From: an uncultured Clostridia bacterium
GTDB taxonomy: Bacteria; Bacillota; Clostridia; TANB77; CAG-508
NCBI GenBank assembly: GCA_904381285.1
Contig: CAJFII010000011.1
Location: 275-64,274 of the forward strand
Direction of reading: 5' to 3'
Length of the DNA stretch: 64,000 bases
Positions 20,833 through 31,747 of the stretch are shown here, piece after piece. The position numbers and the translations under genes are program-made. The notes beneath the pieces were generated by a model, which saw only the letters and a list, made by a program, of their open reading frames with translations, had not been told where the DNA came from and did not search any database. Position 1 is the first letter of the stretch. Each line of letters opens with the position of its first letter.

Positions 20833-21931
20833 TGGTAACTTATAAAAATGTGACTAGTGTTTTGTGTTAAATTTATGTAAAAAAGTGATAATTAAAAAAC
20901 AGGTAAAACATTGTAAATAAATGTATAAAAATATAAAATATCAAAAGATAAAAAAGAGGAGGACCACAAAAGAATGGAAAAGAAAATAAGTAAAGAAAAG
21001 AAAAAGCAAAAAAACAAGAAAAATATGAATTTATCCAATAACAACAAGGGTATAACATTGATAGCTCTAGTTATAACTATCATCGTATTATTAATATTAG
21101 CAGGAGTAACAATAAACCTAACACTAGGAGAAAATGGAATATTTAGAACAGCAGAAATGGCAGGAAGAAACTACACGCAAGCACAAGAGCAAGAAATAGC
21201 AGGGCTAGCAGAATTGAGAAGCAATAAATCCTGGAGATTATGGAAAAAAAGTAGTAGGCTATAGTTCAAAGAGTGAATCAGGATATACAGGAGAATGGAG
21301 ATTATTTTATCAAGATGCAGAGTATACTTATATAATAATGGATGGAGTAACAGAAGATTATAAACCAAGTGATTATTATACAACAGTGCAAAAAGAAGAT
21401 GGAACACTAAAATACCAAACAGGGGCAGATGTTTGTGAGGTAGGACAAAATTTAAATAATATGTTAAAAACAAATGGAACATTTTTTGTAGAAGATAATG
21501 CTAATACTAACATACGAGCAACAGCATGGTTAACAGATACAGAATATTGGGAAGATTATACAGATGAAGCAGAAAATGCAATATTTGCAATAGCAAGTCC
21601 AACAGTGGAATTATATGTAGCATCATTTAATGCAACAGCACAAACAAATGGAGCAGAAGAGATAACATTAGGAGTAGGAACAAATGGATATACACAGAAT
21701 ACAACAACTAATCAATTAAGTACAAGTTATAATAATGGAATATATAACTATAGTAGTAGCAGTTATTGGTGGCTTGCTTCGCCTCGCCACAACAATGCTA
21801 GCAGTGAACTTGGTGTGGGCGTCTATTGCGGCTATTTCTACGACCGCAATGTTGCGAACAATTCTAATGCGATTCGTCCAATAGTTTGTATTCCAACATC
21901 TAAATTCCAAACAGCATATACACTGGAATAG
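20833..21931. repeat. right copy of the ~1.1-kb direct repeat
   Basis: See 14853-15940. Only the 3' arm (AAAAATGTGACTAG) of the hairpin is present here. Confidence 0.85.
20974..21931 (+). pseudogene. frameshifted paralogue of the pilin-leader gene 14993..15940
   Basis: The N-terminal 80 aa are near-identical to the left copy. The frame breaks around 21210-21225, giving two ORFs (20974..21264 and 21338..21931). The downstream frame (EAINPGDYGKKVVGYSSKSESGYTGEWRLFYQDAEY...) matches the intact copy. Confidence 0.8.
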
Positions 21932-21963
21932 ACTAATACTATATAAAAAACATACAAAAACTT

Positions 21964-21993
21964 AAAAAGAATACTTGAAAAGTATTCTTTTTT
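21964..21993 (+). terminator. rho-independent terminator upstream of gap (copy 1 of a repeated module)
   Basis: AAAAAGAATACTT-GAAA-AGTATTCTTTTTT. Confidence 0.75.
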
Positions 21994-22028
21994 GATATAG
22001 AATGAATATGTTCTTTAAGAAAGGATAA

Positions 22029-23072
<1,044 letters not shown>

Positions 23073-23085
23073 AAAAATATTTATT

Positions 23086-23116
23086 AAAAAAGAATACTTG
23101 AAAAGTATTCTTTTTT
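23086..23116 (+). terminator. rho-independent terminator after gap (copy 2 of the repeated module)
   Basis: Identical hairpin AAAAAGAATACTT-GAAA-AGTATTCTTTTTT. Confidence 0.8.
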
Positions 23117-23201
23117 GTTATACAATGGTATCGCTTAAGAAAAAAAGGATATAATATACAATATGGAAGAATTTACATAGTATGAAAATGGAGGGATTTT
23201 T

Positions 23202-24386
23202 ATGAACAAAAAGACAGTTAGAGATATTGATGTAAAGGGGAAAAGAGTATTGGTAAGATGCGATTTCAATGTTCCACAAGATGAAGAAGGAAATATAACA
23301 GATAATAGAAGAATAGTATCATCTTTACCAACAATAAAATACTTAATAGAAAATGGAGCAAAAGTAATACTTTGTTCTCATTTAGGAAGACCAAAAGGAG
23401 AAGTAAAAAAAGAATTTTCTTTAGCACCTGTGGCAAAAGAACTTTCAAAACAATTAAATATAGAAGTAAAATTAGCTGATGACATAATTGGAGAAAGTGC
23501 TAAAAAATTAGTATCAGAAATGAAAGATGGAGAGGTTGTACTTCTAGAAAATGTAAGATTTGATGCAAGAGAAGAAAAAAATGATCCAGAATTTGCAAAA
23601 CAATTAGCAAGTCTTGCTGAAATCTATGTAAATGATGCATTTGGAACATCTCATAGAGCACATGCATCAACAGCAGGTGTAGCAGATTATTTACCAGCTG
23701 TTAGTGGATTTTTAATTGAAAAAGAATTAGACTTTATGGGAAATGCTTTAGAAAATCCTGCAAGACCATTTGTTGCAATACTTGGAGGAAAAAAGGTTTC
23801 AGATAAAATAGGTGTAATTAATGCTTTATTAGAAAAAGTAGATACATTAATAATTGGTGGAGCAATGGCATATACTTTCTTTAAAGCACAAGGTTATGGA
23901 GTAGGAGATTCAATTTGTGAATTAGACAAATTAGACTTAGCATTAGAATTACTAGAAAAAGCGAAACAAAAAGGTGTTAAACTAATGTTGCCAGTAGATA
24001 CAAAAGTAGGAAAGGCTCCAGAAAAAGACACAGAAAGTAAAATTGTAAAATGTACAGAAATTCCAGATGGTTGGGAAGGATTTGATATTGGTCCAGAAAC
24101 AATAGAAATATACAAAAAAGAATTAAAAGATGCAAAAACAATAGTATGGAATGGACCATTAGGATTATTTGAAATAGACCAATTTGCTATAGGAACAAAT
24201 GAAATAGCAAAAGCTTTAGCTGAAAGTGATGCAGTTACAATTATAGGAGGGGGAGACTCCGCAGCAGCAATTGAAAAAGCAGGATTATCAGATAAAATGA
24301 CACATATTTCAACAGGAGGAGGAGCAAGCTTAGAATTTTTAGAAGGCAAGAAACTACCTGGAATCGAATGCTTAGAAAATAAATAA
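23202..24386 (+). CDS. pgk: phosphoglycerate kinase
   Basis: [23 protein letters not shown] and [15 protein letters not shown]. Confidence 0.97.
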   Translation: MNKKTVRDIDVKGKRVLVRCDFNVPQDEEGNITDNRRIVSSLPTIKYLIENGAKVILCSHLGRPKGEVKKEFSLAPVAKELSKQLNIEVKLADDIIGESAKKLVSEMKDGEVVLLENVRFDAREEKNDPEFAKQLASLAEIYVNDAFGTSHRAHASTAGVADYLPAVSGFLIEKELDFMGNALENPARPFVAILGGKKVSDKIGVINALLEKVDTLIIGGAMAYTFFKAQGYGVGDSICELDKLDLALELLEKAKQKGVKLMLPVDTKVGKAPEKDTESKIVKCTEIPDGWEGFDIGPETIEIYKKELKDAKTIVWNGPLGLFEIDQFAIGTNEIAKALAESDAVTIIGGGDSAAAIEKAGLSDKMTHISTGGGASLEFLEGKKLPGIECLENK

Positions 24387-24407
24387 AAGATTTAGGAGGT
24401 TACAAAT

Positions 24408-25154
24408 ATGAGAAAAAAAGTAATTGCAGGAAATTGGAAAATGAATAAAAATCCTGAAGAAGCAAAGGCGTATTTAGAAGAACTAAAGCCGCTAGTAGAA
24501 AACACACAAAATGAAGTAATTATATGTGCTCCATTTATAGATTTAAAATGTTTAGTAAAACATGCTAAGGATACTAATATTAAAATAGGTGCACAAAATA
24601 TGCATTTCGAAGATACTGGAGCATATACAGGAGAAATTTCAGGAAGTATGCTAAAATCAATAGGTGTAGAATATGTTATAATTGGTCATTCAGAAAGAAG
24701 ACAATACTTTGCAGAAACAGATGAGACAGTTAATAAGAAAATAAAAGCTGCTTTTAGAAATGAATTAAAACCAATAGTATGTGTTGGTGAAACTTTAGAA
24801 CAAAGAGAACAAGGGCTAACAACAGATATTATAACTAAACAAACAAAACTTGCTTTAGAAGGACTAACTAATGAACAAGTAGAAAATACAATTATAGCAT
24901 ATGAACCAATTTGGGCAATAGGAACAGGAAAAACAGCTACATCTGAAGATGCAAATAATAGTATAAAGTCGATTCGTGAAGAAATTTGTAAAATATATGG
25001 ACAAAATGTAGCAGATAGAGTTATAATTCAATATGGTGGAAGTGTAAAATCTTCCAATGCAAAAGAACTATTTACTACATCAGATATAGATGGAGGGCTA
25101 GTTGGAGGAGCAAGCTTAAAACCAGATGAATTTGCTAAAATAGTAAATTACTAA
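24408..25154 (+). CDS. tpiA: triose-phosphate isomerase
   Basis: [27 protein letters not shown] and GGASLK. Confidence 0.97.
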   Translation: MRKKVIAGNWKMNKNPEEAKAYLEELKPLVENTQNEVIICAPFIDLKCLVKHAKDTNIKIGAQNMHFEDTGAYTGEISGSMLKSIGVEYVIIGHSERRQYFAETDETVNKKIKAAFRNELKPIVCVGETLEQREQGLTTDIITKQTKLALEGLTNEQVENTIIAYEPIWAIGTGKTATSEDANNSIKSIREEICKIYGQNVADRVIIQYGGSVKSSNAKELFTTSDIDGGLVGGASLKPDEFAKIVNY

Positions 25155-25270
25155 AATATGTACATTACCAAAGATTATAAAAATACAAAAGAAATTATAT
25201 TACTATAAAAACAAACTAAATAAAGCAGAAATAAAGATACAAAGAAAAATAAAAGGAAGGTAATGAATTT

Positions 25271-26803
25271 ATGAAAAATAATTTAACAATGCTAATGATA
25301 TTAGATGGATTTGGTGAAAACGAAAATGAAAAAGGTAATGCAGTAAAAATAGCAAATACACCTAATATCGACAAATTAATGAAAATGTGTCCTACAACAG
25401 ACATATATACAAGTGGACTAAATGTTGGACTACCAGAAGGACAAATGGGAAATTCAGAAGTTGGACATACAAATATTGGTGCAGGAAGAATAGTATATCA
25501 AGAACTAACAAGAATTACAAAATCAATAGAAGATGGAGACTTCTTCAGTATACCTGAATTTAATGAAGCAGCAGAAAATTGTAAGAAAAATAATTCAAAT
25601 TTACATGTAATGGGATTATTATCAGATGGTGGAGTTCATAGCCATATACGTCATTTATATGCTATATTAGAACTTGCAAAAAGAAAAGGAATAGAAAATG
25701 TATATGTACATTGTTTCTTAGATGGTAGAGATACACCACCAGCATCAGCAGAGGGATATATTGCAAAACTAGAAGAAAAAATGAAAGAAAAAGAAATTGG
25801 TAAAATTGCAAGTATTGCAGGTAGATTTTATGCAATGGATAGAGATAAAAGATGGGAAAGAGTTAAAAAAGCATATGATGCAATGGTTAATGGTGTAGGA
25901 CAAAAAGCACAAACAGCAATAGCAGCAATTGAAGCATCTTATCAAAAAGAAATTTTTGATGAATTTGTAGAGCCAACACTTATTTGCAATGGAGAAACAC
26001 CAATAGCAACAATTAAAGAAAACGACTCTGTAATTTTCTTCAACTTTAGACCAGACAGAGCAAGAGAAATTACAAGAGCTTTAGTAGATGATAAATTTGA
26101 TGGATTTGAAACTAAAAAATTAAATCTATATTTCGTATGTATGACAAATTATGATGAAACAATGCCTAATGTAAAAGTAGCATTTAAACCTACAAGCCTA
26201 AAAAATACATTTGGTGAATATATAAGCAAATTAGGATTAACACAACTTCGTATTGCAGAAACTGAAAAATATGCGCATGTTACATTCTTCTTTAATGGAG
26301 GAGAAGAAAAACAATATCCTGGAGAGGATAGAATTTTAGTACCTTCACCAAAAGTAGAAACATATGATTTAAAACCAGAAATGAGTGCATATGAAGTTAC
26401 TGATAAAGTATTAGAAGCAATAAAGTCTGAAAAATATAATGCTATTATATTAAACTATGCAAATCCAGATATGGTTGGTCATACAGGAAACTTGGAAGCG
26501 GCAGTAAAAGCAATAGAAACAATAGATGAATGTGTTGGAAAAGTAGTAGAAGAAATTGAAAACAAAAAAGGTGTTCTACTAATAACTGCAGATCATGGAA
26601 ATGCAGAACAAATGATAGATTATAAAACAGGAGAACCACATACAGCACATACTACAAATCCAGTTCCATTAATATTAGTTGGTATGGGAGATGTAAAATT
26701 AAAACCAGGAAAATTGGCAGATCTTGCACCAACAATGCTAGATATTATGGGATTAGAAAAACCAGAAGAAATGACTGGCGAAAGTATAATTGTAAAAAAG
26801 TAG
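25271..26803 (+). CDS. gpmI: 2,3-bisphosphoglycerate-independent phosphoglycerate mutase
   Basis: [33 protein letters not shown] and ITADHGNAE. Confidence 0.96.
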   Translation: MKNNLTMLMILDGFGENENEKGNAVKIANTPNIDKLMKMCPTTDIYTSGLNVGLPEGQMGNSEVGHTNIGAGRIVYQELTRITKSIEDGDFFSIPEFNEAAENCKKNNSNLHVMGLLSDGGVHSHIRHLYAILELAKRKGIENVYVHCFLDGRDTPPASAEGYIAKLEEKMKEKEIGKIASIAGRFYAMDRDKRWERVKKAYDAMVNGVGQKAQTAIAAIEASYQKEIFDEFVEPTLICNGETPIATIKENDSVIFFNFRPDRAREITRALVDDKFDGFETKKLNLYFVCMTNYDETMPNVKVAFKPTSLKNTFGEYISKLGLTQLRIAETEKYAHVTFFFNGGEEKQYPGEDRILVPSPKVETYDLKPEMSAYEVTDKVLEAIKSEKYNAIILNYANPDMVGHTGNLEAAVKAIETIDECVGKVVEEIENKKGVLLITADHGNAEQMIDYKTGEPHTAHTTNPVPLILVGMGDVKLKPGKLADLAPTMLDIMGLEKPEEMTGESIIVKK

Positions 26804-26815
26804 TGGAGGAAGCAT

Positions 26816-27541
26816 ATGCTAACAACACCTGAAATAAGAAATGTATATGAGAAAATACAGAAGCAGTTATTTTATATGATACCAGAAAAATGGGATAAAG
26901 TATATTTATATGCTTCTGTATTAGACCACTATAATAATATACAAACAGGCGAGATGTTCTTTTATTATTATCCTAAAAGTGTATTAAAAAAGAATCCTGT
27001 AAATGTTTATGAAGTTCCAGAAAGGTTTAATATAGACGAAGCGGCTTATTTAAAACTTGCAGAAAAATTATACGACGAAATAAAAACGCTAAGAAATATA
27101 TTAATACAAAAAGGTGAAAAGCCATGGACTAATATAACAATTTCGATAGAGGATTTTAAATTTAAAGTAGAATATAGTTATGAAGATTTAGTTAATTCTA
27201 AATATACAAGCTACGATAGACATATTATTTGGAGATACAAATATTTAGATATTCCTTTAACGAGCTTATTAAAAAAAGACAGAAAAATGGTTGAAGAATA
27301 TTTAAGTAAAGAAAAATATTATAACAAAAATATAACTACATATAATGAAGGAATATATAAAAAGCCTGTAAGTAATATAATGAAATATGATAAAGAAGAA
27401 ACAGACAATAAGGTAGAGGTAAAAACAACTAACGAACTAGAAAATAAACAAGAAAATAATATAGAAAATAAAATAGAAGAAAAACAAGTAAAAGATGAAA
27501 CAACAATAAAAAGTCAAATACTTAATTTTAAATCTGAGTAA
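26816..27541 (+). CDS. YezG/DUF600-family immunity-type protein with K/E/N-rich C-terminal extension
   Basis: MIPEKWDKVYLYASV, GEMFFYYYP, EKPWTNITISI, FKVEYSYEDL and IIWRYKYL follow the DUF600 (TIGR01741) pattern IPExWEKVY...EPWT...W.YK.LG. Confidence 0.7.
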   Translation: MLTTPEIRNVYEKIQKQLFYMIPEKWDKVYLYASVLDHYNNIQTGEMFFYYYPKSVLKKNPVNVYEVPERFNIDEAAYLKLAEKLYDEIKTLRNILIQKGEKPWTNITISIEDFKFKVEYSYEDLVNSKYTSYDRHIIWRYKYLDIPLTSLLKKDRKMVEEYLSKEKYYNKNITTYNEGIYKKPVSNIMKYDKEETDNKVEVKTTNELENKQENNIENKIEEKQVKDETTIKSQILNFKSE

Positions 27542-27624
27542 ATAGAGAAAAGAAAATCTTTTCTTATATAATAATGTTTTCAAAATTTATTAATATATAT
27601 CTAATATTGAAAGGAGCAAATAAA

Positions 27625-28317
27625 ATGATTTATTCAAAAGAAGTAGAAGAAATGTGTCCAGTGGCAAAAGGAGTAAACCATGGACCAGCACCAATTCCAG
27701 AAGAAGGAAAATGGGTAAAATCAAAAGAAATTAAAGATATATCAGGATTAACACATGGTATTGGTTGGTGTGCACCTCAACAAGGAGCATGTAAACTAAC
27801 ACTAAATGTTAAAGAAGGAATTATTCAAGAAGCATTAGTTGAAACAATTGGATGTTCAGGAATGACACATTCAGCAGCAATGGCAGGAGAAATTTTAGTT
27901 GGAAAAACAATATTAGAAGCATTAAATACAGACCTTGTATGTGATGCAATTAATACTGCTATGAGAGAATTGTTCTTACAAATAGTATATGGAAGAACAC
28001 AATCTGCTTTTTCAGAAGGAGGACTTCCAGTAGGAGCAGGACTTGAAGATTTAGGAAAAGGACATAGAAGTCAAGTTGGAACAATTTATTCTACACTTGC
28101 AAAGGGACCAAGATACTTAGAACTTGCAGAAGGATACATAGTTGAAATTGGTTTAGACAAAGATAACCAAATTATAGGTTACAAATATGTAAATCTAGGA
28201 AAAATGATGGAAAACATCAAAAAAGGAATTGAACCAATGGAAGCAATTGAAAAAGCAAGTGGAACATATGGAAGATTTGATGAAGCTGTAAAGAAAATAG
28301 ATCCTAGAAAGGAATAA
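27625..28317 (+). CDS. NifU-N/IscU-like scaffold-domain protein (partner of the GGGtGRT protein)
   Basis: The ATG at 27625 follows AAAGGAG. Cys-containing motifs GWCAPQQGACKL and IGCSGMTHSAAMA. Conserved pairing with the downstream family. Confidence 0.5.
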   Translation: MIYSKEVEEMCPVAKGVNHGPAPIPEEGKWVKSKEIKDISGLTHGIGWCAPQQGACKLTLNVKEGIIQEALVETIGCSGMTHSAAMAGEILVGKTILEALNTDLVCDAINTAMRELFLQIVYGRTQSAFSEGGLPVGAGLEDLGKGHRSQVGTIYSTLAKGPRYLELAEGYIVEIGLDKDNQIIGYKYVNLGKMMENIKKGIEPMEAIEKASGTYGRFDEAVKKIDPRKE

Positions 28318-28372
28318 TAAAAACCATATAAGAATAAAAAAGAATATAGAAATATAGGAGGTAAGAATAATT

Positions 28373-29374
28373 ATGGCAGTTACATTTGAAAGTTATGAAA
28401 GAAGAATAGACCAAATTAAGCCAGTAATGGAAAAATACGGAATTAAAGATTTTGAAGATGCATTAAATATATGTAAAGAAAAAGGATTTAATCCTTATGA
28501 TATCACAAAAGGTGTTCAACCAATATGTTTTGAAAATGCATGTTGGGCATACACATTAGGAGCTGCAATAGCAATAAAAAAAGGTTGTACAAAAGCAGCA
28601 GATGCGGCAAAAGCAATAGGTGAAGGTTTACAAGCATTTTGTATTCCAGGATCAGTTGCAGATGATAGAAAAGTAGGATTAGGACATGGAAATTTAGCAT
28701 CTATGTTATTATCTGAAGAAACAAAATGTTTTGCATTTTTAGCAGGACATGAAAGCTTTGCAGCAGCAGAAGGAGCAATAGGTATTGCTAAATCTGCTAA
28801 TAAAGTAAGAAAAGAACCATTAAGAGTAATATTAAATGGACTTGGAAAAGATGCAGCACAAATAATCTCAAGAGTTAATGGATTTACATATGTAAAAACA
28901 GATTTTGACTTCTTTACAGGAAAAGTAAATGTAGTAGAAGAAATAGCTTATTCTGATGGAGAAAGAAGTAAAGTTAGATGTTATGGAGCAAATGATGTTA
29001 GAGAAGGTGTAGCTATTATGCACCTAGAAGGAGTAGATGTATCAATAACAGGTAACTCTACAAACCCAACAAGATTCCAACATCCAGTTGCAGGTACATA
29101 TAAAAAAGAATGTATCGAACAAGGTAAAAAATATTTCTCAGTAGCATCTGGTGGAGGAACAGGAAGAACGCTTCATCCAGATAATATGGCAGCTGGACCA
29201 GCATCATATGGTATGACAGATACAATGGGAAGAATGCATTCAGATGCACAATTCGCAGGTTCATCATCAGTTCCAGCACATGTTGAAATGATGGGATTAA
29301 TTGGAATGGGAAATAACCCAATGGTTGGATGTACTGTTTCAGTTGCAGTTGCTGTAGAAGAAGCTATGAAATAG
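28373..29374 (+). CDS. GGGtGRT-family protein
   Basis: Contains the eponymous motif VASGGGTGRTLHPDN. 333 aa. Confidence 0.75.
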   Translation: MAVTFESYERRIDQIKPVMEKYGIKDFEDALNICKEKGFNPYDITKGVQPICFENACWAYTLGAAIAIKKGCTKAADAAKAIGEGLQAFCIPGSVADDRKVGLGHGNLASMLLSEETKCFAFLAGHESFAAAEGAIGIAKSANKVRKEPLRVILNGLGKDAAQIISRVNGFTYVKTDFDFFTGKVNVVEEIAYSDGERSKVRCYGANDVREGVAIMHLEGVDVSITGNSTNPTRFQHPVAGTYKKECIEQGKKYFSVASGGGTGRTLHPDNMAAGPASYGMTDTMGRMHSDAQFAGSSSVPAHVEMMGLIGMGNNPMVGCTVSVAVAVEEAMK

Positions 29375-29430
29375 AAATAAAGAATAGAAAAATTCACAAA
29401 AAATTCTTGACAAATAAAATTTAAAAGTTT

Positions 29431-29471
29431 AAAATAGATGATTGTTAGCAACCTAACAATCATCTATTTTT
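29431..29471 (+). terminator. rho-independent terminator
   Basis: AAAATAGATGATTGTTAG-CAAC-CTAACAATCATCTATTTT plus T tail. Confidence 0.8.
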
Positions 29472-29547
29472 ATGTCATATTTAAACATAATTTTTTATGA
29501 AAGGAGAAATAATTTGATTATGAGGATAATTAAATTATATAAAAACT

Positions 29548-29979
29548 ATGCAAATTGACGATATAGGAAGGAGCGTACATATATTATCAAGACAACTAAA
29601 ACGAGGATTAGATATAAAAGTTGCAAAATATGGTGTGACTGGTGTTCAATGCGATATGATACGATATATTTATAAAAAATCTAAAGAAAAAAATGTATTT
29701 GCTAGAGATATTGAGAAAAAATTTGATATAAGAAGGGCATCTATGGCTGGAATATTACAGAACATGGAAAAAAACGAATTAATAAAAAGAGAAGATATAG
29801 ATTCTGATGGAAGATTAAAAAGAATAGTATTAACACAGAAGGCTTTAAAATTAAGAAAAATTATTGAAAAAGAAATTGCAAAATTAGAAGATAAAGCAAT
29901 GCAAAACATTGAAGAAGAAGAAATTAGAAAGTTTATTGAAATAGCAGAAAAAATGTCTAAAAATTTAGAAGACAAATAA
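29548..29979 (+). CDS. MarR-family transcriptional regulator
   Basis: 143 aa. Winged-HTH pattern (VTGVQCDMIRYI, DIEKKFDIRRASMAGILQNMEKNELIKRE, DGRLKRIVLT). Precedes the ABC exporter genes. Confidence 0.8.
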   Translation: MQIDDIGRSVHILSRQLKRGLDIKVAKYGVTGVQCDMIRYIYKKSKEKNVFARDIEKKFDIRRASMAGILQNMEKNELIKREDIDSDGRLKRIVLTQKALKLRKIIEKEIAKLEDKAMQNIEEEEIRKFIEIAEKMSKNLEDK

Positions 29980-29998
29980 GAAAGAGGGAGGAAAAACA

Positions 29999-31747
29999 AT
30001 GATAAAAAAATTAGCAAAATATATTAAGCAATATAAAAAAGATTCTATATTAACACCATTTTTTGTTATATTAGAAGTTATAATGGAAGTAGTAATACCA
30101 TACTTAATGGCTAAAATAATAGACGTGGGAATAGAAAACAGCGACTTAAATTACATAATAAAAATGGGAATATTTTTAGTTGTTTCTGCACTTTTATCAT
30201 TAGTATTTGGTATGCTATCTGGAAGATTTGCAGCAAAAGCGTCATCAGGATTTGCTAAGAATTTAAGACAAGGTATGTTCTATAATATACAAAACTTTTC
30301 TTTTACAAATATAGATAAATTCTCAACATCAAGTCTAGTAACAAGATTAACAACAGATGTAACTAATGTACAAATGGCCTTTCAAATGATTATTAGAATA
30401 CTAGTTAGAGCACCAATTATGCTTATTTTTGCACTTGCAATGTCATTTAGTATTAATGCAAATTTAGCATGGATATTTTTAGCAACAATGCCACCTTTAG
30501 CAATTGTGTTATATATAATAGCAACAAAAGCTCATCCAAATTTTGAAAAAGTATTTAAAAAATATGATAATTTAAATAGAGTTGTTGGGGAAAATTTAAA
30601 TGCAATTAGAGTTGTTAAAGCATATAACAGAGAAGAACATGAACAAGAAAAATTTAGTAAAGTAAATGATGAAGTATACAACTATTTTATGAAAGCAGAA
30701 AAAATAGTAGCTTTTAATAGCCCTGCAATGCAACTTGCAATTTATGCATCAGTACTTTTACTTTCTTGGTTAGGAGCAAAGAACATTGTTGGTGGAAGTA
30801 TGCAAACAGGTGAGCTATCAAGTTTAATTACTTATGCATGGCAAATTTTATCTAGCTTGATGATGTTATCATTTGTATTTGTTATGGTAATTATAGCCCA
30901 GTCATCTGCTGAAAGAATTATTGAAGTACTAGAAGAAAAAAGTACAATTACTAATAAAGAAAATCCTATAAAAGAGGTGAAAGATGGTTCGATTTCATTT
31001 GAAAATGTAAGTTTTAAATATGATGATGGAAAAAATGAAGACGAATTACCTTTGGAAAATATAAATATAGATATTAAATCAGGTGAAACAATAGGAATTA
31101 TAGGAGGAACAGGAAGTTCAAAATCTACATTTGTTAATTTAATTCCAAGACTATATGATGTAACAAATGGCTCTATTAAAGTAGGAGGAGTAGATGTTAG
31201 AGATTATGACCTAGAAAGCTTACGTAATGAAGTAGCGGTCGTATTACAAAAAAATGTATTATTCTCAGGAACAATAAGCGAAAACTTAAGATGGGGAAAT
31301 AAAAATGCATCAGATGAAGAACTTGTAAGAGTATGTAAACTAGCACAAGCAGATCAATTTATTCAAGAATTTCCAGATAAATATGAAACAGTTTTAGACC
31401 AAGGTGGAACAAACGTGTCTGGTGGTCAAAAACAAAGAATTTGTATAGCAAGAGCATTGCTTAAAAAGCCAAAAATATTGGTATTAGATGATTCAACAAG
31501 TGCAGTTGATACAAAAACAGATGCATTAATTAGAAAAGCATTTAGAGAAGAAATTCCAAATACAACAAAAATTATAATTGCACAACGTATAACATCAGTT
31601 GAAGATGCTGACAGAATTATAGTTTTAGAAGATGGAAAAATAAATGGAGTAGGAACTTCAGAAGAACTATTAAAAACAAACAAAATTTATAGAGAAGTAT
31701 ATGAATCACAGAAGAAAGGAGAAGAAGATGAAGCAGTTAAACAATAA
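29999..31747 (+). CDS. ABC transporter ATP-binding/permease protein (exporter half, subunit 1)
   Basis: Six-TM domain followed by Walker A GGTGSSKST, signature VSGGQKQR and Walker B ILVLDDSTSAVD. Confidence 0.9.
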   Translation: MIKKLAKYIKQYKKDSILTPFFVILEVIMEVVIPYLMAKIIDVGIENSDLNYIIKMGIFLVVSALLSLVFGMLSGRFAAKASSGFAKNLRQGMFYNIQNFSFTNIDKFSTSSLVTRLTTDVTNVQMAFQMIIRILVRAPIMLIFALAMSFSINANLAWIFLATMPPLAIVLYIIATKAHPNFEKVFKKYDNLNRVVGENLNAIRVVKAYNREEHEQEKFSKVNDEVYNYFMKAEKIVAFNSPAMQLAIYASVLLLSWLGAKNIVGGSMQTGELSSLITYAWQILSSLMMLSFVFVMVIIAQSSAERIIEVLEEKSTITNKENPIKEVKDGSISFENVSFKYDDGKNEDELPLENINIDIKSGETIGIIGGTGSSKSTFVNLIPRLYDVTNGSIKVGGVDVRDYDLESLRNEVAVVLQKNVLFSGTISENLRWGNKNASDEELVRVCKLAQADQFIQEFPDKYETVLDQGGTNVSGGQKQRICIARALLKKPKILVLDDSTSAVDTKTDALIRKAFREEIPNTTKIIIAQRITSVEDADRIIVLEDGKINGVGTSEELLKTNKIYREVYESQKKGEEDEAVKQ

